64,000 nt of DNA, from positions 1 through 64,000 of IMG/VR virus record IMGVR_UViG_3300047382_000771, one strand, 5' to 3'. Shown here piece after piece: positions 17,679 to 26,397 of this stretch. The notes under the pieces were generated by a model. The model did no database searches. It saw only the letters and a list, made by a program, of their open reading frames with translations, and had not been told where the DNA came from. Each line of letters opens with the position of its first letter. Within the stretch, counting starts at the first letter, position 1. The stretch comes from a virus. Taxonomy: Duplodnaviria; Caudoviricetes. A program made the position numbers and the translations under genes.

Positions 17679-17851
17679 TAAAGAAATTTGTGAAGAATCT
17701 CCAATTCCGATAAGCCTACATATTTGGCGAAGTAAGAACAGAAATTCGCAACTTCTTTGCGACTCCAATCTTCCTTGTTAATAATATTACCTACTTGAGT
17801 ATATTGGCGATTATGCCATAAGTCTGTGAGTTTGATGTGTTCAGTATTCAT
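17678..17851 (-). CDS. Hypothetical protein (57 aa)
   Basis: MNTEHIKLTDLW...; ATG 8 nt after -10. Confidence 0.65.
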   Translation of the reverse strand: MNTEHIKLTDLWHNRQYTQVGNIINKEDWSRKEVANFCSYFAKYVGLSELEILHKFL

Positions 17852-17859
17852 AATATGCA

Positions 17860-17888
17860 ATCATTGCAAAAAACTGAAACTTTGTCAA
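17860..17888 (-). promoter_or_regulatory. sigma70 promoter TTGACA-N17-AATGAT inside a 13-bp palindrome
   Basis: -35 17883-17888, -10 17860-17865. Confidence 0.55.
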
Positions 17889-17899
17889 ACAAAAAAAAC

Positions 17900-17975
17900 T
17901 GGAGCCACCTGTCAGAGTCGAACTGACGACATCCTCATTACAAGTGAGGCGCTCTACCAACTGAGCTAAGGTGGC
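17900..17975 (-). tRNA. tRNA-Thr(UGU)
   Basis: GCCACCTTAGCTCAGTTGGTAGAGCG CCTCA-CT-TGT-AA-TGAGG ATGTCGTCAGTTCGACTCTGACAGGTGGCT-CCA; 76-nt cloverleaf with encoded CCA. Confidence 0.97.
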
Positions 17976-17994
17976 GTAATAATATATTTATATA

Positions 17995-18246
17995 TTATTG
18001 TGAAGAGTCACTTTTATCAAGTATTTTTACCTTATTTTCGTCCCTTGCTTTTAAATAATGTATCCAAAAAAAATGAAACGCAACATCATCATCATTCTCT
18101 AACGCCCTCATTAACTCTAAAGCATAAAGATATTCCCAATCCCTATCTACTTCTTTAAATTCAGTATCTATCGGTTTGGGTGATTTATTTATTTGTTTAG
18201 TCTGACATCCAAAACAAACCATTAAAATAATAAATAAAAATCTCAC
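17995..18246 (-). CDS. Putative lipoprotein (83 aa, GTG start)
   Basis: MRFLFIILMVCFGC: basic N-terminus, hydrophobic core, lipobox-like FGC. Confidence 0.55.
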   Translation of the reverse strand: MRFLFIILMVCFGCQTKQINKSPKPIDTEFKEVDRDWEYLYALELMRALENDDDVAFHFFWIHYLKARDENKVKILDKSDSSQ

Positions 18247-18251
18247 ATTAT

Positions 18252-18280
18252 ATGTTACACATTGCGGAAGCCTGAGTCAA
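18252..18280 (-). promoter_or_regulatory. sigma70 promoter TTGACT-N17-TAACAT
   Basis: -35 18275-18280, -10 18252-18257; GTG 5 nt downstream. Confidence 0.65.
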
Positions 18281-18720
18281 GTATCTTCAGGAAATATATG
18301 CCAATGATTATTTAAATCATATAAATCCGTATGTTTTAAATTAAAAAGTTGGTAATGAGTACGTGTCGGGTCTTCCATGTCTGCGGTTATTTCAGATATA
18401 TAGAACCCCTCAACATCCCCCCCTCTGACATGAAAAAAATTTATAGAGCAATCCAAATCACCCAAAATAATATGCTCTACCTCTATAATAGGTTTAGCGT
18501 GCTTTAATTCTTTATTTAATAAATCAATAAAATCATAATCAATATTATCGCTAATTCTAACACTTTCGCTAACTTTTAAATTAGAATCAATAGATATAGC
18601 GCTATATATTAATAATTTATCAACATATAATTTGTGAAAATCTTCTAATTTATCGTAGAACGATTCAAAGACATCGTCAGCTCCATTTGAAGAAAAAATA
18701 TGATAACCTATTCTTTGCAT
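18277..18720 (-). CDS. Hypothetical protein (147 aa)
   Basis: ORF; TGA inside the -35 box. Confidence 0.65.
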   Translation of the reverse strand: MQRIGYHIFSSNGADDVFESFYDKLEDFHKLYVDKLLIYSAISIDSNLKVSESVRISDNIDYDFIDLLNKELKHAKPIIEVEHIILGDLDCSINFFHVRGGDVEGFYISEITADMEDPTRTHYQLFNLKHTDLYDLNNHWHIFPEDT

Positions 18721-19295
18721 TTATCCCTGTATGTAAGTATTTTTTGGCATAAAATAAATAATTCATCAACACTCAAGTCTCCTTTAGCAAAATTAGCTTC
18801 CCTTAAACAAACTCCAAGATTACTAAGGTCATTAGTCCCGCCTTTTGAACTTGGAACTATATGATCTAAATTATACGTTGAAGGTTTATTTAAATCAATT
18901 TTTTCTCCAGTTAGATAGCAGACGGGGTTTTCTCCTAGCTTATTTATTACATCTTTGCAGGTGTAATTTTTATTTATACTATTAACAATCGTATTTGTAT
19001 GATTGCCCGATTTACAAGGCTTACGTTTAAATGTTCTAAATTTAGATTGGAGTGCTTTGTAATTAGCCCTAGAGCATCTAGTTCTGAAATTAGAAACTTT
19101 TTTACATAAAGGATTGCGATTTTTTGTAAAATTTTTAACCCGCTCTTTTTCTGTTCCATCTTTTCCACAATGATAACTTATTACAGACTTCGAGCATTGA
19201 AGTGTCTTTGATATTTCATTGTAAGTCTTTCCTTTTTTGCGGAGTTTAATTATGTCGTCTTTAATGCTCCTATTATTTAGACGCCTTTTGTTCAC
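18708..19295 (-). CDS. HNH endonuclease with N-terminal HTH (free-standing homing-endonuclease-like)
   Basis: GKTYNEISKTLQCSKSVISYH (HTH); CYLTG...LDHIVPSSKGGTNDLSNL...AN-x2-K (HNH). Confidence 0.88.
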   Translation of the reverse strand: MNKRRLNNRSIKDDIIKLRKKGKTYNEISKTLQCSKSVISYHCGKDGTEKERVKNFTKNRNPLCKKVSNFRTRCSRANYKALQSKFRTFKRKPCKSGNHTNTIVNSINKNYTCKDVINKLGENPVCYLTGEKIDLNKPSTYNLDHIVPSSKGGTNDLSNLGVCLREANFAKGDLSVDELFILCQKILTYRDKCKE

Positions 19296-19498
19296 GATTT
19301 TTTTTGTTTTTGCTTACTTTTGATTGATTCTATAATGCATCTTGCCCCGTGTTCGTTTTGGGTCATTAAGGCTTCCCCGTTTGTCATCATTATTTTATAC
19401 ATTTGCTTCCCCATATGAACCCTTTCTTTAACATACACCACCTGCTTGGGATTTATATGGTAAATTTCTTCATTAGCATCTTCTATCGTGATCATCAT
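19292..19498 (-). CDS. Hypothetical protein (68 aa)
   Basis: ORF, coupled to neighbours. Confidence 0.6.
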   Translation of the reverse strand: MMITIEDANEEIYHINPKQVVYVKERVHMGKQMYKIMMTNGEALMTQNEHGARCIIESIKSKQKQKKS

Positions 19499-20053
19499 TT
19501 ATTTGTATAATTTCGAGTTGTTTTTTAGTCTTTGGATAACCCTTCTTTTATATGTATAAAATTGGGAATCCTTGGTTAATTTCATTGCGTAAACAATGTC
19601 TGCTTTAGACCAACCTTTAAGTTGGTATTCAAAAAATTCTTTTTCACGCGGAGGCATTAATTTATTTTTAATTTCATGCAAAATCTTCATCTGCTCTTCG
19701 TGTAATTCTCGTTTTAATATAGAATCAAAAGGCATTTTGCTTTCAACATGATGGAGGGAGTGAGCAAATGAATCTTCTGAATAATTTTCGTGTTCTTTAT
19801 TGCGTTTTTTTGCTGTTAAATAACCCATTATTTGCCAATGCAATATTGAGAACGCCCATCCATAAAAATTTCCACCATCCTTATAATCAGATTGTTTATT
19901 AATAATTATATTTAAAGTGTTTTGAACTACATCTTCAGCATCTTGTTTGTTGAATATTTTAGATTTAGCTTTACAGAGTAAAGGTCTGTGAACCATTGAA
20001 ATTTTATCCTCATAGCATATTGAATTATTTATTCTGTTTTTGAGGTCGCTCAC
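19499..20053 (-). CDS. ECF-type RNA polymerase sigma factor
   Basis: DAEDVVQNTL...FYGWAFSIL (region 2) and MPPREKEFF...GWSKADIVYAM (region 4). Confidence 0.8.
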   Translation of the reverse strand: MSDLKNRINNSICYEDKISMVHRPLLCKAKSKIFNKQDAEDVVQNTLNIIINKQSDYKDGGNFYGWAFSILHWQIMGYLTAKKRNKEHENYSEDSFAHSLHHVESKMPFDSILKRELHEEQMKILHEIKNKLMPPREKEFFEYQLKGWSKADIVYAMKLTKDSQFYTYKRRVIQRLKNNSKLYK

Positions 20054-20298
20054 TTGATGGTATCTATTGTGATGTCAATACTATTGTTCTTATTTCGATC
20101 AATTATAATTGAAATTGAATTGTTGTTTTCTGAAAACAAGACTTGGTGAGCAATATTAACTAATTCTTTAAGGTTACTGTTTTTATGAAAAGAACCTGGA
20201 TAGTAATTAGGTTCATTATATATAATATTTAAAAGTTTTTGCAAATGAGTAGAATCTTTATTATTTGGCAAATCTTCGTTCATATTTTTGCTTATCAT
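20050..20298 (-). CDS. Hypothetical protein (82 aa)
   Basis: ORF, coupled. Confidence 0.55.
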   Translation of the reverse strand: MISKNMNEDLPNNKDSTHLQKLLNIIYNEPNYYPGSFHKNSNLKELVNIAHQVLFSENNNSISIIIDRNKNNSIDITIDTIK

Positions 20299-20534
20299 GG
20301 TAGAATAATCCTATCTATGTCGTGTTCTAATTCGTAATTATCCCAATAATCATGGTCATATTCACTATATTTTATATCATTAAATAAATAAAATGTTTCT
20401 TGCTTTAAGACTTTGGATATGAGAATATAACCCACCGCAATCCCTTCGGGAACTCGACCACTAGAATTAATATATTCAAAGCATTCATCATAGCCGTGTT
20501 CGGAATAAATTATTTGATCAGAATTTATTTGCAT
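20295..20534 (-). CDS. Hypothetical protein (79 aa)
   Basis: ORF, coupled. Confidence 0.55.
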   Translation of the reverse strand: MQINSDQIIYSEHGYDECFEYINSSGRVPEGIAVGYILISKVLKQETFYLFNDIKYSEYDHDYWDNYELEHDIDRIILP

Positions 20535-20536
20535 TC

Positions 20537-20782
20537 TTATTGATAGTAAATTGACTCGTATTCATCAATTATTTTAGACCTGTCTTCCCATTTTTGGGAA
20601 TATGGATTATATTTTTCAATGCTAATGTTTTGAACCCAAGTTTTTTTATGCTTAATAGTCTCTATGTGGAAATGGAATGCTTGACCCGCAGTTTCAGCCA
20701 TGTAGTAATGATAACTATCGATAGCTGAGTGTTCGGAACCCGCATTGTATTTTATCCTATATTCGAATAATTTTTCATTCAT
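20537..20782 (-). CDS. Hypothetical protein (81 aa)
   Basis: Start reassigned to MNEKLFEY. Confidence 0.6.
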   Translation of the reverse strand: MNEKLFEYRIKYNAGSEHSAIDSYHYYMAETAGQAFHFHIETIKHKKTWVQNISIEKYNPYSQKWEDRSKIIDEYESIYYQ

Positions 20783-20957
20783 CGGTAGGATTCCAATAAA
20801 TATCTTCAAACAAAACCAAGTGAACCAAGTCACCTTGATCTACATCAACTCCTATTGGCATCCCTTCTCCGACAACAATATCAGAATCTTTATAAAAAAA
20901 TTCTTCATGTTCTGTCGCATAAACTATATCTACTTTATTTGGCACTTTTCCGTTCAT
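20775..20957 (-). CDS. Hypothetical protein (60 aa)
   Basis: ORF. Confidence 0.6.
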   Translation of the reverse strand: MNGKVPNKVDIVYATEHEEFFYKDSDIVVGEGMPIGVDVDQGDLVHLVLFEDIYWNPTDE

Positions 20958-20960
20958 ATT

Positions 20961-21239
20961 TTATAAAAAAGCCATTTGGCTTTCGTCTTCGCGTTCGTGT
21001 TCGCGTTCGTGTTCTTCAATATCATCTAAAGGCTCTGTACTTTTAACTTTATTTGGCACAGTCTTGTTCCTAAACCAATTACGTTGAGCTATACGCACAA
21101 GAAAGCGAACAAAGGCGAAAGCATAGGTTTTATTTAATTCAATAATACCTTCTGTGCCGTCATGGTTATGGAGGATGAATACTTTTCGCTCCTCGTCCCA
21201 CTCAAAAGTGGCGTGTTTAAGTTCCTTACTAATCTTCAT
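20961..21239 (-). CDS. Hypothetical protein (92 aa)
   Basis: ORF; ATG 7 nt after -10. Confidence 0.65.
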   Translation of the reverse strand: MKISKELKHATFEWDEERKVFILHNHDGTEGIIELNKTYAFAFVRFLVRIAQRNWFRNKTVPNKVKSTEPLDDIEEHEREHEREDESQMAFL

Positions 21240-21246
21240 GTGGTAT

Positions 21247-21275
21247 AATATACCACATTATAATAATAATATCAA
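21247..21275 (-). promoter_or_regulatory. sigma70 promoter TTGATA-N17-TATATT inside a 15-bp palindrome
   Basis: -35 21270-21275, -10 21247-21252. Confidence 0.6.
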
Positions 21276-21283
21276 GAAAAAAA

Positions 21284-22906
21284 TTAAGATAAACTTGTTA
21301 TTTGGACAGATGCATTCTGCCCATTATTTAATCCATTACCTAAAACCCTTGCGATTTGGTTGTTAGCCATAGCAATGTCTCTTACACTAGTCTCGGAGTT
21401 AAACCTTGAGACCCCAGCGCTTCTTAATGTTAAGGTGACTCCAGAAAGATTTAAAATTGTACATTCAAAGCCTGCACCATATTGACCATTTAAAGATATA
21501 ACATTACAACCTGCATCAGCCCTGATTATATTATTAGCTTGAGAATACTCTACAGTAAAGTTGGCAGATCTAAGATCAAATGTAGGTCTTGGGGATATTA
21601 ATTTAGTAATAGTCCCCGAATCTTTAATTGATAAAGTTTTACTTGTGGTGTCGTAAAGTAATTGGCCACTATCTACAAAATCATGAATACTTCTAGCAGG
21701 GTCAACTTGCCAAGAGCCGTTCCTGTAAACCCATGTAGTGTTAGACTCAATATCAAACACATAATTATTTAATGCAGGGTCAGGGGCGGCAGTAGTTGTA
21801 GACGCAGCTGTCGCAGGAGCATTTAAAAATAAATCACCCCAACTACAAAGACCTTGAGATTGAGCCATGAGCCCCCAGTTAGTTGGGGTTTGAAATTGAG
21901 TTAAGTCTGAGTCAGTTGTTAAATCTATCGTGCAAAGTTCAGTTCCCCATGCAGCGTCATCCCAAGCTGGAGCATTACTTAAGTTGTCAATAGCCCAAAT
22001 TTTAACATAATCAGGTCTTCTTTCTATTTTAAGAGGGCAGCCAGCATAGCCGCTCCAGCCAGCTCCGCCTGCGGAATTAGCGAAAGCATCTGAAAAACCT
22101 GTTTGGATATTAAATAAAGTTTTAGCCCCAGGTAAACCATAATTATATTCCACACGAATACCAGACCAACTGCCTGAGCCAGTATTAAGAGCTCTATGAA
22201 CACTAATGTAAGAATCAAAGGGGGTTTGAGCGGCAGGATCATTGGGAGCTCCTCGATTTAGGGCTATGACCCAACCTATGATATCATCATCGCGACCAGT
22301 AGACTTGGCAACAATCATTGCGTCATAAGTATCAAATGAATCTATACTCGCAAAACCAATAGTACTAATAGAATTAATTGTCTGACTGATCTCATTACTA
22401 CTATTTAAGGACCATGTACCTTCTTCGTTATTACCATCATTTCTCTCTCTGCCGCCATGGTTGCCTATTACATCTATGCGATGATCATTAGTACTGCTAG
22501 TATAAGAAAAACGATAGAAATTAGCAAGAATATCACCAAAACTAGCATTGATTCTCTCAAGATTAGAGAATTGACTAAAATTTAATTGGTTAGTAGTAGG
22601 AGACGCTGCAGCTTTAATTAAAAGCTTTTTATTTTTTACATCCGTAGTTCCCAGACCTTCGTAAATTAAATGCTCGCCATCATTAGAACTAGTTGGAAGC
22701 GATAAAACAGGCTGACCATTAACAGTTGGTGTTGTGCCAAAATTAATGCCACCTCCGCCTCCGCCTCCGCCACCAAATGCAGCCGAGACTAAGTCAGATA
22801 CTAAACATTTCTTAGTGACATGAGGTGTCGCAGAAGTTGAATAGGGTACGAAATCTGTAGGCGCAGGAGCAGCCTGAACTAAATCGCTAATCTTAGTAAA
22901 CGACAT
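21284..22906 (-). CDS. Tail-fibre/receptor-binding-like protein with TSP-C/L-lectin-like domain (540 aa)
   Basis: N-terminal TKISDL, poly-Gly hinge, GF-x-S...DDDIIGWV motif, fibre-type C-terminus. Confidence 0.55.
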   Translation of the reverse strand: MSFTKISDLVQAAPAPTDFVPYSTSATPHVTKKCLVSDLVSAAFGGGGGGGGGINFGTTPTVNGQPVLSLPTSSNDGEHLIYEGLGTTDVKNKKLLIKAAASPTTNQLNFSQFSNLERINASFGDILANFYRFSYTSSTNDHRIDVIGNHGGRERNDGNNEEGTWSLNSSNEISQTINSISTIGFASIDSFDTYDAMIVAKSTGRDDDIIGWVIALNRGAPNDPAAQTPFDSYISVHRALNTGSGSWSGIRVEYNYGLPGAKTLFNIQTGFSDAFANSAGGAGWSGYAGCPLKIERRPDYVKIWAIDNLSNAPAWDDAAWGTELCTIDLTTDSDLTQFQTPTNWGLMAQSQGLCSWGDLFLNAPATAASTTTAAPDPALNNYVFDIESNTTWVYRNGSWQVDPARSIHDFVDSGQLLYDTTSKTLSIKDSGTITKLISPRPTFDLRSANFTVEYSQANNIIRADAGCNVISLNGQYGAGFECTILNLSGVTLTLRSAGVSRFNSETSVRDIAMANNQIARVLGNGLNNGQNASVQITSLS

Positions 22907-22914
22907 GACAAATA

Positions 22915-23046
22915 CTAAGAGTCAGATTCTTGTGGTTCTGCCGACTCTTCGTTTTCGGGTTCTTCGTCTGGTTGAGGCTCGGAAGGCCCGCTGTGTGGAA
23001 TTTTTTTAGATTCTAGTGGTTTATTTGTTGTGAAAAAGTTTCTCAT
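22915..23046 (-). CDS. Small acidic/Pro-rich peptide (43 aa)
   Basis: MRNFFTTNKPLESKKIPHSGPSEPQPDEEPENEESAEPQESDS; ATGA overlap. Confidence 0.5.
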   Translation of the reverse strand: MRNFFTTNKPLESKKIPHSGPSEPQPDEEPENEESAEPQESDS

Positions 23047-23297
23047 TGAGCTTCAGGGTTTACACTAGTAGTTACACGCGGTTCACTAGTTTCGCCCTTT
23101 TCAGCTGCTTCTTTTTCACGTTCAAGAATTTCAGACATAATTTTTTTAAGCTCTTCTTCTCCTAGAGTCTCTACTCTTTCTCTAGCCAAATGAATGCTGT
23201 AATGCTTTGCGGCTGCTACGAGCCCGTTTAAATTAAATGAGTTTAAAAACTCATTAGCAATAGTAACTGTAATCTTTTCGATTTCTTGATCTGTCAT
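23043..23297 (-). CDS. Hypothetical protein (84 aa)
   Basis: ORF, coupled. Confidence 0.65.
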   Translation of the reverse strand: MTDQEIEKITVTIANEFLNSFNLNGLVAAAKHYSIHLARERVETLGEEELKKIMSEILEREKEAAEKGETSEPRVTTSVNPEAQ

Positions 23298-23908
23298 GAT
23301 AAATATATTATACGAGAAAGTGGACGTTTTTCAACTAAATATTTAGGGAGATACATAAAATTCCCAGCAACAATGCTTCTGTTTTCCCCATCATTGTGAG
23401 GAACATGGTGGCGTACCCAAGATGGAAAAACCAGCATTTTTCCAGGAACAGGCTTGATAGATAAGTCTTCTTCCCCAAAAACTAAAGGCGAGGAACCTTC
23501 TGGGCAGTTAACAAAAAAAACAAAAGACCAATGACAAGGCAAATGACTATGCGAGGACTGAAACGCCCCAACAGGATAATACTGAGCCCAGAGAGAATTT
23601 ACCTCAAGAGCGAATTCACTATTATTGCAATGCTGTATTAAATTATTATATTTAATATCATCTCCGAATTTATTTAAAGATGTGTCGCTTATTTTGTCGC
23701 CAAAAGAATTTATTATTTTTAAAGCTAAACTTGCAATATGCTTGAACTCTGGGCAGAAATGCCTCCACTCTGTCATAATTGCACCCATATTAAAGGTTCG
23801 TGAATTATTTATTATGATTTCATGCAAATACGCCAAACTAAAAGGCAAGTTCTCGACGTCTTCTGAGATTATTTTACAGCTTTGGGAGCAAATTAAGTCA
23901 GTTGCCAT
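23294..23908 (-). CDS. 2OG-Fe(II) oxygenase (TIGR02466-like)
   Basis: WAQYY...HSH...SFVFFV...PGKMLVFPSWVRHHV...RSIVAGN. Confidence 0.85.
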   Translation of the reverse strand: MATDLICSQSCKIISEDVENLPFSLAYLHEIIINNSRTFNMGAIMTEWRHFCPEFKHIASLALKIINSFGDKISDTSLNKFGDDIKYNNLIQHCNNSEFALEVNSLWAQYYPVGAFQSSHSHLPCHWSFVFFVNCPEGSSPLVFGEEDLSIKPVPGKMLVFPSWVRHHVPHNDGENRSIVAGNFMYLPKYLVEKRPLSRIIYLS

Positions 23909-23913
23909 GAGGG

Positions 23914-24630
23914 CTATGCAGTTGATTTCAATGAAGTATTAAACTTCGACCTGTACTTTGCACGTTTTGGGCCGAATAAATAATTAACAGAAGCCATGCC
24001 TTCTTTAATTACGGTATCTTCAGACTTAGATATTGACCCCTTTTTAATGTGACAGGATATTCTCTCATTTATTTCTTGGACGCAAACGGATATAGCTTGG
24101 TGAGTAATGCCTATAGCATCACCTACTTCATCAAACGTGTTGCCTTTCATAACAAATTCAAGAACAACTTTTTGCCTCTCAGATAGAAAGTGGCTGTAAT
24201 CAAAAATCCATTTTTTTAAATTTTCATATCTTTGGCTAGCGTCTAGTTTTTTGAACTCTGGATCTTCTTCTGCTTGGGTAGAGCATATTAATTCAAAATA
24301 TGTTGTCTCTTCAGGCCCAGTACCAGCATGAGTATCTACCTTTAAGTTGGAATATTTTTTGTCTTTTGGGGTGCATCCATCGGCAGTCCATTTGATATAA
24401 TTTCTAGCATAAGAATATGCTATTTTTTTAAAGTTATTAAAATCGATAACCCCTTTTTTTTCTATTAGTTTCTGCCTGTCTCTAACTAAGGCTCTATTAA
24501 CTTCAGATAAAACTTCTGAGTGACCTAATAAATGGTTAGAGAACCTATGCTTTCCAATAATTCTCGCTAGATCATCTTGGTAATCAACGAGCCATTTGTC
24601 GAATTCTTTATTTAATTCAATTTGATTCAT
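23914..24630 (-). CDS. Second sigma70-family-like factor (region 4 HTH)
   Basis: LSERQKVVLEFVMKGNTFDEVGDAIGITHQAIS (region 4); upstream region-2-like helix. Confidence 0.7.
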   Translation of the reverse strand: MNQIELNKEFDKWLVDYQDDLARIIGKHRFSNHLLGHSEVLSEVNRALVRDRQKLIEKKGVIDFNNFKKIAYSYARNYIKWTADGCTPKDKKYSNLKVDTHAGTGPEETTYFELICSTQAEEDPEFKKLDASQRYENLKKWIFDYSHFLSERQKVVLEFVMKGNTFDEVGDAIGITHQAISVCVQEINERISCHIKKGSISKSEDTVIKEGMASVNYLFGPKRAKYRSKFNTSLKSTA

Positions 24631-25462
24631 AATTTAAACATCTCTTGACTATTCTTTTGGAGGTACATAATTCTGTGGCTATTTTATTGTTGCTGTAACC
24701 TTTATTTTTTAGTTCTAAAACTTTTGGCCTAAGAAGTTTGTCTTTTTCTTCTTTAGTTTTTTTGTAATATTTAGAAAGAGAAGCTTTGCGTTTAACCTCT
24801 GAACCAGCATAGTTATGAAATTTACTAACAGGAGGCGGGAAATCTTTGGACCAATTTACCTCTACGAATTTAGTCTTCATCAATTTTCTCAAATACCTTG
24901 GGCTAACCCCAACATGAGAAGCAGCCTCTGTCCTATTATTATTACAAAAGGATAAAGCTAATTTTATTTTATCCCTTAAAGCATCGCGCTCTTTTTTTGG
25001 CCAAGGCTTCCACTTGCCATCGTAAATCATGTAAGGCTTTTTTTCTTCTGATGGAGAATAAACTTCAAACTTAGAATGGTTATCTTTGAAATAAAAATTC
25101 TTAGGACTTTTTTGAGACCCAAAACGATTTGTATACCCTTTAGGTCTCGCTTTTAAAAATTTAAACAAAATATTAGCACTATTTGGGAAAGCACACTTGT
25201 GAATATGCTCCCAATCCAATACTGTTAGTTTTAGATTATTTATAGTAGAATTAACTTTTAATAAATTGCAGGTGTATGCTTTGATCTTATGTCGAGCATT
25301 ATCTTCTTTCACCTTTTTGAGTAAGATTTTTTTAGCTAAAACGGAGGACATGGCCTTTATGATAACTTTGTAATCTCTTTCGGTATCGTCAGTATATACT
25401 TCTGTATACTGAATATTCCAGTATTGATCGTAAGAGTATTTAATAGGTTCTTTTTTAGGCAT
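24617..25462 (-). CDS. Basic DNA-binding protein with Fis-like and terminal HTH motifs
   Basis: CNNNRTEAASHVGVSPRYLRKLM and KGYSNNKIATELCTSKRIV. Confidence 0.65.
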   Translation of the reverse strand: MPKKEPIKYSYDQYWNIQYTEVYTDDTERDYKVIIKAMSSVLAKKILLKKVKEDNARHKIKAYTCNLLKVNSTINNLKLTVLDWEHIHKCAFPNSANILFKFLKARPKGYTNRFGSQKSPKNFYFKDNHSKFEVYSPSEEKKPYMIYDGKWKPWPKKERDALRDKIKLALSFCNNNRTEAASHVGVSPRYLRKLMKTKFVEVNWSKDFPPPVSKFHNYAGSEVKRKASLSKYYKKTKEEKDKLLRPKVLELKNKGYSNNKIATELCTSKRIVKRCLNYESN

Positions 25463-25468
25463 GAGCAA

Positions 25469-25498
25469 AGTATATCATATATGACGCAGTATTGTCAA
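25469..25498 (-). promoter_or_regulatory. sigma70 promoter TTGACA-N18-TATACT (extended -10)
   Basis: -35 25493-25498, -10 25469-25474; ATG 6 nt downstream. Confidence 0.7.
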
Positions 25499-25626
25499 GA
25501 CTTTTTCTTTTTCCAATTTATTTTATCGTAATTTTTTTTATAATCTTTAGAAAATATATTTCTAGGAGAGTCCCCTTTTCCATTTTGAGGCTTTGAGGCT
25601 TTGGTATTTGTTTTTTTCTTACTCAT
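25495..25626 (-). CDS. Small basic phage protein (GKGD-x-x-R...NYD-x-I-x-W type, 43 aa)
   Basis: Manual translation MSKKKTNTKASKPQNGKGDSPRNIFSKDYKKNYDKINWKKKKS; ATGA overlap. Confidence 0.7.
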   Translation of the reverse strand: MSKKKTNTKASKPQNGKGDSPRNIFSKDYKKNYDKINWKKKKS

Positions 25627-25793
25627 TTCCACTTACAATAAGATGGGTCTTCTATTCTTTTTCTACGCATGTAATCTCGTTTTTGAGCCCTTCTTTTCTC
25701 AAGATTATCTTCATCGTACTTTTTTTGAGCTTTCTTTTGGGCTTGTTTTCCTTTTTGCGTTTTTGAGTATTTTGTTTGAGGGTTTGATTTCAT
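25623..25793 (-). CDS. Small basic protein (56 aa)
   Basis: Start reassigned to MKSNPQ; Lys/Arg-rich. Confidence 0.6.
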   Translation of the reverse strand: MKSNPQTKYSKTQKGKQAQKKAQKKYDEDNLEKRRAQKRDYMRRKRIEDPSYCKWK

Positions 25794-25803
25794 GTATAGT
25801 CCA

Positions 25804-26397
25804 CTATTTGGCTGGTTCAGTTTGGAAATTTTTTTTGATATCTGATTTTTCAAAGAAACCAGATTGCAAAATATGGCCCACACACTTAGAGGGGAAGTCT
25901 TCATCGAATGTTGGCCAAGATATTTGGTAATCAATGAAGCTTTTAAATAATTCATACTGTTCTGACTCATCCTTGTTTGCTGGCCCAATCCCTTCTCTGC
26001 GCATATTAATTAATGCCCCGCCTTTAGATTTAATCCATTGAGCTTCGTTCAAGAACCTGACATCAGTAATAAAAACATATTTATCATTCTGTAAGTTATA
26101 ATCTACCCCAAAGTTAATTTTGTCTATCCAGCAATTAGGGTTTAGTTTTCTTCTTATTTCTGTACCATAAGTTACAAGAAGTGGTCTTATTATTTTTTTT
26201 TCTGAATCCTTTGTAGCGAAAGCAGATATGCCTGTATGCTTAAGCAAAAGATCATCTAGCTCTTCTTTTAAAGCATCGGCAAAGGAATAACGCACTACTG
26301 AATCGTTAGGGTCAGTAAGAACTTCTTTGCAGCATTGATAAAAAGTATCTTTGCCAGAACGAGCAAAGCCTGATATTCCAATTAATTTATTCTTCAT
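25804..26397 (-). CDS. Deoxynucleoside monophosphate kinase
   Basis: IGISGFARSGKDT, SFADALK, RPLL-x2-YGT, FITDVRF-x-NE. Confidence 0.88.
   Translation of the reverse strand: MKNKLIGISGFARSGKDTFYQCCKEVLTDPNDSVVRYSFADALKEELDDLLLKHTGISAFATKDSEKKIIRPLLVTYGTEIRRKLNPNCWIDKINFGVDYNLQNDKYVFITDVRFLNEAQWIKSKGGALINMRREGIGPANKDESEQYELFKSFIDYQISWPTFDEDFPSKCVGHILQSGFFEKSDIKKNFQTEPAK

Noticed and set aside
18708-19295. Intron-encoded HNH or self-splicing intron
   Set aside because: The ORF overlaps its neighbours directly and no split gene flanks it; it is free-standing.
20990-21015. Short tandem repeat encoding EHEREHERE
   Set aside because: Two 12-nt units in a low-complexity tail; no evidence of function.
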